Below are positions 13,262-25,700 of a stretch of DNA of 64,000 nt, piece after piece. Each line of letters opens with the position of its first letter. Positions within the stretch are counted from its first letter, which is position 1. The position numbers and the translations under genes were made by a program. A model generated the notes under the pieces. That model made no database searches and was not told the origin of the DNA. It saw nothing but the letters and a program-made list of their open reading frames with translations. This DNA is from Felis catus (lineage: Eukaryota). The DNA lies in contig NC_058383.1 in NCBI RefSeq assembly GCF_018350175.1, positions 434,001 to 498,000 on the forward strand, read 5' to 3'.

Positions 13262-13770
13262 GACTTTGGAAAACCGTGCGGCCACTCCTCCAAAAGGGAG
13301 GCACAGACTTGCCTTGTGACCACTTGTACGTGCGAGTCTCGGGGCTGAGCAGACGCCTGTGAACGCACTCTCACGGCAGCCAAAAGGTGGAAACGCCCCA
13401 AATGCCCACGGATGGGGGTGGACGCGCACAATGTGGCCTGTCCAGACGGTGGAATATCACGCAGCCATAAAAGGTGCAGAAGTGCTGGCCCCTGCGACCG
13501 CACAGACGTGCCCAGAGGCGTGCTGAGTGACAGAAGCCAGTCGCCGGGGCCAAGTGCTACAGGAAACACCCAGGCGAATCTGGAGAAGCCCAGGGAAGGG
13601 AGGAGGAGAGACTGGGGAGCGACCGCTAACGGGTGAGGGGCTTCCTCTTGAAGTGGTGAGCATGTTCCGGAACTAGGTATGTTGCTCGGCCTTGTTGGCC
13701 TACTGGTACACTGAACCGTACAAGTTAAAATAGTGAATTCCACGCCATACGGATTACCTCCCAAGTTTTC
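13262..13770 (+). mobile_element. Ancient L1M (L1MB-like) 3' end
   Basis: gccaaaaggtggaaac..ccaaatg.cca..tggaatat..cagccataaaa..gctgagtgacagaagccag and the terminal ttaaaatagtgaatt motif. Confidence 0.85.
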
Positions 13771-14199
13771 CACTCCGTGAGCACACACACGACCTAACCT
13801 GGGTGAGCCCTGACCACACTCTCGCTGCCATGGAAACTGGGACAGTGTCACTCCCTCAGCGTTTGCTTCCTTGTGTCTGAGACGGGGGCAATAACCCTGA
13901 CTCACAAGGTGGCTGTGCCAATCAAGTCAGATAAGGCACGGAACACCCTGGGTTATTGTGCTAAATGAAGAGATAATGCGCGCAATGTCACCCGAGGCTC
14001 AAAAGTGGGGCCATTTACAAAACGTCACCTGGCCCTGTTCCCAGCACACCTGTGGGTGATTTGGGCCTGACACCTGGGAGTCAGCCTTCACCACCACCCC
14101 CCCCCCCGCAACTCCTCCCTCAGCCTTCTCCCCTGGGCCCTGCTCCCCGCCTGCTCCAGCCACAGTGGGACTTCGAGAATCACACCGTGCCCACGCCTT

Positions 14200-14680
14200 C
14201 CCTGCCGTGCCCTGGGTCCCCACTAGGATTCTCACACACCTGCAGTAAGTCCACATCTGTACAACAGTCCCACGAGGCCTTGGGATCTGCTCGTCCTCAC
14301 CCCGCTTTCTCCTCCGTGCTGCCTGCCTCTCCCCCATTCACTGGGCTCCAGCTGCTCCCACCCCAGGGCCTTTGCACCACTGTCTCCTGGCCTGGGATGA
14401 TCTCCACTCCGTGTCCTCACTCACATCTCTGTAGAAATGCCACCCCGTGGAACCCAGCAGGGCAGCAATCACCGGCCTCTCCCTCGGCTTTGCTCATAAC
14501 TGCACTTCCCACATGAGACATGATGATGTTACGCTCTACGGTGTTATGGTTGATTAGCTACATTACAATTTGGGGCATTGGTTTCCTTGTTCACTTGCCT
14601 TCCCCATTACAATACAGGCTCCATGTACACACCAGACCTTTGTTGGGGGCTCTCCCCATGCCCCAGGACAGTGAGCGGAT
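14200..14680 (+). mobile_element. L2 LINE 3' fragment
   Basis: ccccagggcctttgcac..ctgtctcctggcctggga.. pyrimidine-rich L2 tail pattern. Confidence 0.6.
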
Positions 14681-14899
14681 GCAGTGGGAGCTAATGTCCT
14701 CACGGGCGAAGCACCACGGCTCCCCAGGTGCAGCGCAGGTGGTCCCACACCGCAGGCAGCAACGCACTTGTCAGGGACCCTCGAGGCACGAAAGCTGAGT
14801 CCAGAGGGGTGGGCAGCTTCCCCTCCATCCCCACCCTCTCCCTGTCACTGCGTCAAGGTGGCCTTCTAGGAACACGCACAGCACCTGCTCGCCCACAGG

Positions 14900-15300
14900 T
14901 GAGGCCAGAGGTGCACACCCGCGCCGCGACACCAGGGGGCAGCAGAGCGCCAGGGAAGGACCTGTCCTCGGAGCCCTGCGGAGCCGCGCAGAGTGGTGAT
15001 CGGGCCCCGCCCCTCGGCCCAAGCCCCGCCCCCTGTCCGGCCCCGCCCCCCGGACCGAAGGGACCCAGGTTTGGGCTGCAGGGTCTTCCGGGGGGTGGCA
15101 TCCTGAAATGTGTGCCATGGGCGACGGAGCTGGGGAGTGGGGCGGCGGGAGGCCTCCGCCAATTGAGGTGACTCGGCCAGGCCTTTCTAAGGCTCTGGAC
15201 TCCGGTTCTCCTGAACCCATTACCGCCACCCCGGTTCCGAGGGGACACTGCCAGGGAAACACCAGACGTCTCGCTGGAACGCGTGCAGCCCGGAGAAACC
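14900..15300. promoter_or_regulatory. CpG-island/promoter-like element with three GC boxes
   Basis: gccccgccc (Sp/KLF) at 15004, 15023 and 15040, dense CpG, adjacent CTCF motif, RFX-like ctgccagggaaac at 15248-15260. Confidence 0.5.
14927..14945 (+). promoter_or_regulatory. CTCF core motif
   Basis: cgacaccagggggcagcag closely matches the CCACCAGGGGGC(G/A)GC core. Confidence 0.6.
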
Positions 15301-17599
15301 AAGTGGGGGGGTGGGCTGAGGCATCCTGGCCCCTCCCACAGCCTGTACAGCTCCAGCCTGGGCAGAAACACTGGGCCCGGGGGGCCTCTGACCTGGGCCG
15401 AGGCCCGGGTGAGCTCTCTTGACCCCCAGCCCAGACGGGCTTCCTGGCCCCGCAGAGCCCTTCGGCCCTGCCTGCCACTGCCCCTCACTCTGCTCTGGTG
15501 GGGGTGGGCGGGAGGACCACTGTGCACTGGGATGCGTGGTGAGACTGAGCCGGGAGGCCAGAGTCAGCCCAGGTGTCCAGGTCCCGTTGGACCTCACCCC
15601 CTTTCCCCTGTCCACCCCCAAACGCCACTTTAGGGTCTCTGGATCTACTCCCAGGCAGGCTGAGAAAGGGTCTTGCTCTCAGCGGCGGCCAGGAGGGACC
15701 CCTGCCTGAGCTGCCGTCCTGGAGGGAGACCCTAGGGAGGTCTCTCAGACTGGTACCTGCAGGCACCCCTTTGAGGGAGCCATGGAGTCTGGAAATCCCA
15801 CACAGATTCTAACCTGTCCCACTAGTGTTTTGTACGAAAATAAACACGTGTCCTCCGGCACCGAATTCGGATTTTCCATTAAATCCAGTTTAAAAGACAA
15901 GAATGTTGACGAAAATCTGAATCTAGGGAGGGCTGTTTGGGGTTGCGCCCCCAGATCCAGGTCAAGGGCACACCGTTCGTGTCCTCTGGGTTTAAGGGCG
16001 TACCCACAGAAAGGCCCCAAAATGTCCATCAGCCACTAACACCGCAGTGAGAGTGAGTAAGAGTGGATTTGCCAGGAGTTTGGAGGCCGTAGCACCAGGT
16101 CACCGACAGCTGCAGGGGGAGGCAGGGCTGCGACATCCCAGCCCCACGGGGGGCTCTCCGGAGTGGGGTGCAGGGCGAGGCGGGCGGCTGTGCGAGCCTC
16201 CTCCAGCTTAGCATTTCCATCTTTCCTGGAGCCCTCCCCAGGTCCCCAGGATCCCCAGGATCGCCAGGCCCTGCCCACTGAGCCCCAGAGCCTACCTCAG
16301 ATGACCAGGGGGTGTTCAGGGGTTGTTCCTGAAAGGTAAGATCGCGATTAACATACAGGCACAAAAGGTATCCGAGACCGTGTGGCACTCATTAATTAAT
16401 GAGGAAACCAGCAGCATGTTGGAACTGGCTGGCAGGAAAATGCAATCCCCACATCACACAGGAAGGAGGGAGAGCTGAAGGGAGTTTATACACGACAGGA
16501 GGCAGGTCTCCCTGCAGGGCAGCGATCGATCACACTCGCCAAACAAAATGAACTTCATTTCTAGGGCCGCGAATCGGTTTTCTGCACAAGAGCTCACCGG
16601 AGAGGCAGAGGTACCCCGGGGTGGGGTGGGGGTGGGGGGTGCTGGACAGGCCCCTGCAGGGCCTCCCACAACTCCTCCCACCTGGCCAGACTACCTCTTT
16701 GCTCTATTGTCTCCAATGCCACAGGTCTGAGCCCCCAGCTGGGCAGCTCCCTGGGGCCGGGCTCCCCATCCATGCTCCCTCCCCACGGCCTCCATGACCC
16801 ACACCTAGGCTGTCCCGACCTTGCAACCTTGCATGTCTCCTCTCCCGGAGCAGCTGGCCCTGCGCTTGAGAGTTACGCTGGAAAGAGGCTGACGGGACTA
16901 GGTTCGAATCCTGCCACCGCAGACTGGCCATGTGATCCTGAGAGCCGCCGCTCTGTGCCGAGGTCTCCACGTGCGCAAGGGGGAAGTGCAGAAGTGCCCA
17001 CCCGGCTGACCGGTTGTGAGGGCAGAATGGGCGGAGCGAGGGCCAGAGCTGAGTGTCAGGAGGGTGGGTAGGGGTGCCGGCTTCCCCCTCCCCCATCCAC
17101 CCCCTACCATCCCCCCCACTCCCCATCCCCCACCCCGCAAGTCCTCCCTCTGGGGCCTCACGGCCAGCTTCCTGCCAGGACATGCTACTCCTCCCAGGTG
17201 AGGCAGGGGACACTGGCCTGCACAGACCTCCCTCTGTCCTGCCCGCAAGGCATCTCTCGCCTTCGAGTTCATAGGAAATAATACCCAATGCCTTGCTGCA
17301 GCACGCGGGCTCTGTTCTGTCCGGCCCTGGGATGCGTAGTTCTGGCCCTGTCTCCACAGTCTTCAGCACGGAGACTGCCCGCATCCCTCCTCCCTCCCCA
17401 TCCCAGTAACCACAGCCCGCGTGCTCGGGGCCTAGAGATGCCCGCGCCCCCTCTCTCAGACAGGGCCTAGACTCACTCATATACATCACACCCTCCTCTC
17501 CTGGTCCCAGGCCCCAGGGAAGCGTGGCTGCGTAAGCTAAAGGTCCAGTCAGGGTGGTTCCCTATGTAGACGGTAGGCACAGACCTTCTCTTTCCTCAG

Positions 17600-17760
17600 A
17601 TGTCAAGTCTGGAACTGGAGCAGCCATTTTGTGCCCATGAGGGAGAGCTGGATTTGGAACGAGGCCAACTATGCAGAAGGCACACAGAGATGGAAAGAAG
17701 TTCACGGCATCACTGAGCCATGGATCAGACCAGCTCTGAGAAACACACACACACCCCCAC
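17600..17760. mobile_element. Old ERVL/MaLR LTR fragment (LTR16/LTR33-like)
   Basis: ggagcagccattttgtgcccatgagggagagc...gagatggaaagaa...ctgagccatggatcagacc. Confidence 0.5.
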
Positions 17761-18426
17761 CTGCCGTGTCTCAGGGACTCCCAGTACCTTCTGCCGTCAG
17801 CCCTGTTTCAGCTAAGGCAGTTTGGTCTGGCCCCTGTGCTCCTCGTGGACACCCTCCCCTTGTGCGCAGCTGGAGCTGGGTTCCGTCTCTGCCCTTATTT
17901 TCTGGGACGCTTCGGGCATCAGAGCAGCAGCCCAGCCGGCCCGCTGCTCCGCGCGCCAGCCAGCCGGCACTCGGGGCCAAGCTCCCAAAGACCCCGGAAG
18001 GGGCCCCTGCCCAGAAGCAAGCCGTTCCCACGTGGGTAACCTGATGTGGCTGCCCGACTGTCGTCACACTGCTCAGTAAAGGACACGGCGGGTCAGGGAC
18101 GCGGTGGCTCCCCTGCCTTCGGGGTCCTCGGCATTTTCTCTGTGAGTATTCCCTCCTCACCAACCCTCCAGAATACACAGACTGAGACCTCCACCCCTGG
18201 GAGGCGGCGAGGAAGCTCCAGGCTGGAGGTTTATGGACAGATTGGCCGGCCCCACCAGCAGGCCCGAGACCTGCTGACTCCATGCCATCAGTTAACGAGA
18301 GCCCTGGGGTTTTCCTTACACAGCAGCTCGAGGTAATCACCGAGCCCGGAGTGCCCGGCACGCCGGCCCGTGTCCTCCTGTGCTTTGCAAATACCCTGAA
18401 ATGCACGTCATGATTCTGGAAGCTTC

Positions 18427-18598
18427 AGGGACGGCTGGGCAGCTCAGTCGGTTAAGATCACGGTTGGTGCGTTCGAGCCCTGGGGTCGGGCTCTGTGCTG
18501 ACAGTTGAGAGCCCGCTTGGGATTCTCTCTCTCCCCCTCTCTCTGCCCCTCCCTGCTTGCTCTCTCTGTCTCTCTCAAAATAAAAACTAAACTAAACG
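18427..18598 (+). mobile_element. Can-SINE, older, with internal deletion
   Basis: Head gctcagtcggttaag joined directly to atcacggttggtgcgttcgagccc, CT tract, A tail. Decayed TSD gattctggaagctt / gattccgaaagctt. Confidence 0.9.
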
Positions 18599-18984
18599 CA
18601 AGAAGATTCCGAAAGCTTTGGCCAGCCTGCAATTTCAAGTAGCCCTTACGAACAGTCCAGACAGCCTCCCCGTATCAAACGAGATTAATCAGTAACGAGC
18701 TGTAATGTTATGAGGTCATCTCCCGACACACGGTAACTCGGGGGCAAACCTACCTGATTGGCCAGCACGCAGAGCCTTGGGAGCTCTCCCACACTTATCT
18801 GTGCCGCGAGCCTTACTCGAGATGTTTGTCTTGCTTGAGTTACGTGTGGGCGTTGTTTCACTGCGCACGTCCCGGTCGACCTGGCGGGCGTATCTCGTGG
18901 GGCACATGCCACGCACACGGCCACCTCAGGCCAAGACCACGAGGAGAGGTGTGGTTCCCGTAAAGGGGAGGCCCTCGCGTGCGA

Positions 18985-19360
18985 TGTGGCCAGACTGAGT
19001 CTTTGTGACGTCCCCCGAATCTCATCGTCCACAGAACCTGCTTTCGGCGGACCTCGTCGCCCTCGTGCTGGCCTGGCCCGCGTCCCTGCCGGCCTGCGCG
19101 CCCGGCCCCCCACCCTGCCCTGGCGGCTGACCTCCACGGCCGCACGGTGAGGCCGCCTGCGCTCCTCCAAGACGACACCACGGCCCCCCGCCCCGTGTCT
19201 CTCCCTGCAGGACCCTAGGGAGGTGTGGGTCTCCTACCGACAAGCTGGCCCTCCCTCCATTCCCGGCGGACAGAATCCGCCCGCGGTCGTGGAGGGACCG
19301 TGCTGCTTTCCGCCACGGAGTTGTGGGGCGCCCTCGCACACGGCAGCAAGACCACAGGCT
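18985..19360 (+). mobile_element. MLT1 (MaLR) LTR fossil, strongly GC-shifted
   Basis: 3' end gtgctgctttccgccacggagttgtggggcgccctcgcacacggcagcaag is colinear with the MLT1 terminus. Confidence 0.55.
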
Positions 19361-19939
19361 TCCCCCACCGGCTCAGCTCACCTCCACGCGCCCTGCACGG
19401 TGCCCCAGTGCTGCAGGCTGCGAGCTGACTGCCAGGGTGGATGAACGCGTGACTGTGACAGACGAGGGGCCTGGGGAACGTGGACCCGTGAGAACCTCCA
19501 GAAGGGGGAAGCGACGGGCTGCAGGGCTCTGGGGTCTCAGTGGGTACGGGCGTCCCTGCTCCGACGGCCAAGGAAAGAGGACTCTGCCCACACCGGGACT
19601 GTCCAGGCACTGACGTGGGAGGGAGGCCAGAGCCTGGTCAAGCCCAGTGCCCAGCGCCCAGCCGTGGACCCTGCCACGGAGGAGGGTCACCCACAGGGGA
19701 GGGCGGAAGGGATACCAGTCGCCCCAGGCACCGTTCCCAGCAGGCAGCACAAAGTGGCTGGTCCGACCTCAGACGGCCCTGAGGTGGGGAGCAGCTCAGG
19801 GGTGATGCAGTCGGGCACAGAGAACAGAAGGCCTGGCAGGCCCCCCGCTGCCACGTGTCGGAGCCAGGAAGGGGCCCCGGCCACTCGGCTGAGTTCACCT
19901 CAATCTCGTTTTTGTATCTCGTTAAAGAAACACACTTTT

Positions 19940-20162
19940 TTTTTAATTTTTTTTTTTTAACATTTATTTATTTTTGAGACAGAGAGAGACAGAGCATGAA
20001 CATGGGGAGGGGCAGAGAGAGAGGGAGACACAGAATCGGAAGCAGGCTCCAGGCTCTGAGCCGTCAGCCCAGGGCCCGACGCGGGGCTCGAACTCACGGA
20101 CCGCGAGATCGTGACCTGAGCTGAGGTCGGACGCTCAACCGGCTGAGCCCCCCAGGTGCCCC
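19940..20162 (-). mobile_element. Can-SINE SINEC_Fc2-like
   Basis: Full length. 16-bp TSD aaagaaacacactttt at 19924-19939 and 20163-20178. Confidence 0.97.
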
Positions 20163-21739
20163 AAAGAAACACACTTTTAAAGCAGGCTGCTTTCCGTAGT
20201 AACAGGCTGGTTCCGTAGTAACAACAACCTTGCCTCAAACTGGCCTCTGTGAGTCCCCCCAAGCGGACATTTTGAGAGGTGCGCAGGGTTCTAGGGGGCG
20301 GGGGGGCACCCAGCTGCTCAGCCAAGTGTTCCCGGAGCAGCGACAGCCCGCCGAGTGGCTGGCGGGACAGCTGGGCCCCCAGGCCCGCCACCCACCAGTG
20401 CTGGCGGCCAGGAGCACGGCAGGTGTCGGGGCATCCAAGCGAGGGGTCCCCGACGCGGGTCCACAGCTCGGGCGGGGACAAAGGTACTGCTTTATTGTCA
20501 GGTGGCCTTTTGCGGGAGCAAGAGGGTAATTAATTCTCTCTCCAAAGTGGTTGCTTCCATCCTGTTTCTCGTTGTATCATATGCACGCACGCAGCCATTG
20601 CCCCACATACGTACTCAAGCATACAGCCATCTGTAGCCATATACGTGTCTTTACGACCTCATCTGAGGTCACTACGTGCTCCAAAATGCCACGCGGAAAG
20701 CTGCCTGGGATCCCGAGGTATGGATGGCCTAACTAACCTGCCAACCCGCCCTCTGAGCCAGGCGGTAGGCCCCCTCGCAGCGCACTGCTGGGATGAAGGA
20801 GGGCAGGACAGGCTCGCACGGCTCTCGCTGTGTGTGCTGTGCATGTGTTCTCTGGGACGGCTCTCCACAGTGGTCTCTCCCGCGGAATGGGGTTCTTCTA
20901 GCCGCAGTCCCTCTCACTCTGGGTTTCATCCCCCAAAGGATCCTTCGCCACTTTGCTGTTCAGGCACTGGGGAACTTTCACGTTCACGGTGTGTATTCCT
21001 TTGTCATGTGGAAATGGCCGGTCCACGTCCCGGGCCCAGGTTCCACCCGGGCAGCAATCCCACCCGGTCCAGCCAGCTGCCCAGCTGTCCCCTGGGTGGC
21101 CCGACCCCTCAGGTGCATGAGTAGCAAGCACAGTTCATCTGTGACAAGCCGGTCCCGACCACTTGCCTGGCATCACCCACTGGTCACCATCCGATGGGCA
21201 TTTTGGGGTCCTGTCTTTTTCAATAGATTCTGAATGATTCACAAGGACTAAATCTTCATCTCTGGGTCTCCTCAACACCCAATAAAGCCTCTTCACTCAG
21301 AGAATATTTTAAACAATAGGTGGGTGCCCATTAAACATTTGTCATTTGCCCAGTTGGTTGGCTTGACTCTATTTAGCATTGCCAAGAGTGCTGGCCTCAG
21401 TTACCAAGCAGAGAGATTAAACAGCATATTTTAGTAGCAGCAAAACAACAAATGCCTAGGAATAAACATAACGAGAACCACGCAGGATATATACATAAAG
21501 AAAATATTAAGATACTACGAGTAAAGCCGAAAGATAGTAAACCAACTGGGGAAAAGATATTAACAATTTTATAATAAACCATGAGCTAATCTCCAAAATA
21601 TGTAAAGAGCTCCTACAAAACAATAAGATAAAGTCCGGCGACCTAACTGAAACATGGGAAAAGAATCCAAATAAGCAACTGGCTTTTTAACGAGATGCTC
21701 AGTCATACAACAAGAGAATGTAACTTAGAAATAAGGGAG

Positions 21740-21950
21740 GGGCTCAGTCAGTTAAGCGTCCGACTTCGGTTCAGGTCATGATCTCACAGCTTGTGAGTTC
21801 CAGCCGCACACGGGGCTCTGGGCCGACAGCTCAGAGCCTGGAGCCTGCTTGGGATTCTGTGTCTCCCTCTCTCTCTGCCCTTCTCTGCTTGCGCTGTCTC
21901 TCTCTCTCTCTCTCAAAACTAAATAAACATTAAAAAAATTAAAAACAAAA
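21740..21950 (+). mobile_element. Can-SINE, slightly 5'-truncated
   Basis: ggctcagtcagttaagcgtccgacttcgg..., CT tract, A tail. TSD taagggag on both sides. Confidence 0.95.
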
Positions 21951-22149
21951 CAACTAAGGGAGATTCCACTTAATTATCAGATCATGAAAGAGCAAAGTGC
22001 TGGACAACCTTCCATATCAGTGAACTCGTGGGGAAACAGACACTCTCGTACCCAGCTGACACACACACAAGTTAGTGCGACCCTCACAGTCGGGAAGTAT
22101 CACCACTAATACGAGGGGTAAACACCTGTGTCCTCTGGCCCAGTGATTC

Positions 22150-22781
22150 ACTTACCCTGTGTATACAGCCGCACTTCCCCCCATGTATACAGTTGCACTT
22201 CCCCCCATGTATACAGCCACACTTCCCCCTGTGTATACAGCCGCACTTACCCGTGTATACAGCCGCACTTCTCCGTGTATACAGCCGCACTTACCCCGTG
22301 TATACAGCTGCACTTACCCGGTATATACAGCCGCACTTCCCCCCCCCCCCGTGTATACAGCCGCACTTACCCCCATTTATACAGCCACACTTCCCCCCGT
22401 GTATACAGCCACACTTCCCCCCCGTGTATACAGCCGCACTTACCCCGTGTATACAGCCGCACTTCCCCCCGTGTATACAGCCGCACTTCTCCGTGTATAC
22501 AGCCGCACTTCCCCCCGTGTATACAGCCACACTTCCCCCCGTGTATACAGCCGCACTTACCCCGTGTATACAGCCGCACTCACCCCATGTATACAGCCGC
22601 ACTTCCCCCCGTGTATACAGCCGCGCTTCTCCATGTATACAGCTGCACTTAGCGTGTATACAGCCGCACTTCCCCCCGTGTATACAGCCGCACTTCTCCG
22701 TATATACAGCTGCACTTACCCCGTGTACACAGCCGCACTTCCCCCCGTGTATACAGCTGCACTTACCCGGTATATACAGCG
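22150..22781. repeat. Minisatellite, about 27 copies of a 21-30 bp unit
   Basis: Core gtgtatacagccgcactt followed by a variable (a/ct)C-run. Copies counted by eye. Confidence 0.97.
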
Positions 22782-25700
22782 GCTCACAGGTGGATGAGTC
22801 CCATGCAAAGTTATTCACTGCATCATTATTCACATGACCTAAAAGCCCATTAATAGGAAACTGTTAAATCATATCAGGTCCATAAAATAAAAACAGTTTT
22901 TAAAACGAATGAAGAGTCTGATTTGGGCTTTGGTCAGCCAGGTGGGAGAAGGCCTCTGCCTGTACACATCGGAACGGCCAAACGGCCAGGGTGGAGACCG
23001 GAGCTCGGTGCCTCTCCTGTGAAGCAGGTACAGCTGTGAAATGGTGCGAGCGGGGGTGCTGAGAAACAGAGGGAGGCCGCTAAGACACAGGGCAGGTTCA
23101 GCAGGGCTGGCAATGCCACTGGGGGGGAGGACGACGACATCGAGGTTTGGGGCCCCCCACACAGCCAGGCACTTGGCAGCAGGATCCCAGCAAGAAGGCT
23201 TCCCCAGCAGAAAGACCCACAGGCGTTGCAGGCAAGGCGCTCAGAACCACCCCCTCCACTCACACCTGCTCCCCACTGGCCACTGCCCTCTGGTCTGGCC
23301 CCCACCGCCCCCCCTCTGGGCTGCGAGATCCTGTCTGGGCCCCGTGGCATCAGTGGCCCTCGGGACAGCACTTGCAGAAGCACGAGTCAAAAGTCCAATT
23401 TCCTTAGAATGCCTGCGTGGTCAGGCCCACCTCTTTATAAAGAGTTTCTTTTAGAACATTCTCAGGTCTACAGAAAAGCTGTACAGGAACCCCAGGACCC
23501 ACTCTCTCCTGTCGCTAACATCTTCCATGCGTGTGGTGCGTCTGTCGCAATTCATGAGCCAATAAGGCAAGTGGTTAGCTGAGGCCCACACTTTATTTGC
23601 ATTTCATTGGTTTTCCCACTGGGCTCCTTGCTATTTGCAAGCCTGACTAGAGTTGTGACCCATGTGACTATGCTACCTGTTATTTACATTATTCCATTTC
23701 TTTTTCCACCATGTCTCAGTGGGCCCGGACCCACGACTCAATGGTTCGAGGACCCATGGGCCCCCACCCGCGACACCACAGCAGAAAACACCCAGGCCAG
23801 GTCAGGCTGGTTCAGGGGCTCCCCTCCTGGGCAGGGAGGGCGGTGAGGACACTGAGCCTCCGGCGTGTCTGAGCCCTGAAGGGCAGAGACCTTGGCTGGC
23901 CTGGCCTCCACTCCGCCAGCAGACGAGGGAGGACAAGGTTCAGGGCAGAGAGACAGGGGGTGTTTCCCCCCGGCTGCCTGGAGCTCAGCACCGTGGCAGA
24001 TGACTGACAGTGTTTGCCTCCTGACCTCCGGTGATGCCTGCTGCAGCCTGTAGGGCTGCTTTCCAGGAGAAATGCTATCTGAAGTGTGAAATCAGCCATT
24101 CCCGGGGCATGAAGTCACTGCTGGGGTTGGGCAAGGAGGGGGCCCCAGGCCCGCCCCAAGCCCTGACCTGGAACGATCATTTCCCAGGGAAAGTGCGGCA
24201 ACCCTGCAGGTGCCAAGGCACCCTGGGGCAGCGACGAAGCAGTGGGCTCCCCTCCCCTGAGCACCCTCACCAGGCCTTGGGCCACCGTGGCTGAAACAGT
24301 GCAGGCCCAGGGCCCCTACAAGAGCGGCTCAGGGCATCTGCTCACCCGGCCCTGCACCCTCCCAGGAGGCTGCACCTTGACCAGCTCTGTCTCCTAAAGA
24401 GGCCACAGTGCCAGTGACAACCCCTCAGCAGCCCCGCCCTTAGAGCAGGGGTCCAGCCCCCAATCTCGGTTTGAGGGACTAAGGTGGTAGGAGAATTTCC
24501 TCCAAAAGAGTCCTGAGGGGTGGCCTGGGACCTCCCCAGCACAACAGCAGTGGGCCCCACGGCTCACCCTGGACACCCAGTGCATGCTGGCCTCGGGGGA
24601 TCCTGCCCCCAAGTCCCTGACCATCTGGCCTTGGAGCTCAGGGAGCCCAAGGCCCCCCCACGGAAGGGGCAGGACCTAGCTGCCCCTCCTCCACCCCCCA
24701 AGTTGGAGCTTTGTGGGGGTAGGCCCCTCAGGGGCCTGCTCCTAAGGGCTGCCCTGCTGCCTCAGGCCCTGCCTCCCCCCCCCCACACTCCCCGCCCCCG
24801 CCCGCCGCCAGCCCTCTCAAAGGCCTTTTCATCCCTGTGTGGACAACACCACTGGCCGCATCAAAGAACTTCTATGGAAACTCATATTTTTCCCCAAACC
24901 AGAAAAGTTCAGGCTCAGAGCACAAACATTCAGCTCATTATTTAGAAATAACAAGTCCTCTGGGTCCTGGTATCAGATCAAAGCTCAGAAATTAAATTCT
25001 CCAGAAGAGGAGGAGGCCTGGGATCAGCAGATTTGTGTTTGCTTATTTTTTTCATTCGGCAGCTAAAAAAAGGGGATCGAAATCTGCCTAGCGGTTTGGA
25101 AGTCTGGCCGGGGTTTGCGAGCCGAGGAGACAGCGTGCTCCGGAGGCTCCTGGGCGTGGAGGCTGAAAATATTTGGTTGACATGACAATGGAGACGACTT
25201 GGCGGCGGCTCAAGCGCAGGTCTGCAGGGGAACGCGGCCCCACCTCCCCACCCTGGTTCACACACGCAGGCGCACACATGTGCATGCGTACACACGTCCA
25301 CCGCAGCATCTGCACCCCGGAACCCACACGTGTGCACGCAGGGGGACCCGCCCACCACGTGCACAAGCGAGTGCGCACATGCACAGAGCAACCACCAGAA
25401 GAGGCACCGGGAGAGGCGCGGCTCTGCGCTTTCACCGCAAACCCAGGGAAGACCCAGCGCACGTGCTCCAAGGCCCCCAGCGCCCCCAGACCTGGGGCAC
25501 GGACCCCACTCCTCTGCCCCTCCACTTCTGGGGCTCCCCTTGGCGGGCCTCCACCACCCCGCTCCCCAGACCCTGACCCTCACCTGGGGCGGTAGGAGGG
25601 AGCGAGCCCCTGGAGCAGCCGGAACCTGGCTCTGAAGCCCCGCCCCTGGCCCTGGGATTGGCTCATCCGTGGCATGTGACCTGGCCCCAGCCAATGAGAT

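Larger units (their letters stand above)
21400..22925 (+). mobile_element. Ancient L1ME-like fragment hosting a SINE and a minisatellite
   Basis: AT-rich. gctaatctccaaaatatgtaaagagctcctacaaaacaataaga and ttattcactgcatcattatt match L1 ORF2 end and 3' UTR. Confidence 0.75.

Noticed and set aside
22150..22781. CRISPR-like look (constant palindromic core with variable linkers) and Cys/His/Gly-rich ORFs
   Set aside because: The linkers are just short C-rich runs, not unique spacers. There are no cas genes, the DNA is mammalian, and the ORFs are repeat translations.
25640..25700. GC box plus paired CCAAT boxes suggesting a promoter
   Set aside because: gattggctc..ggcatgtgacct..ccagccaatgaga is the signature of an old LTR16/MaLR-type LTR fragment.
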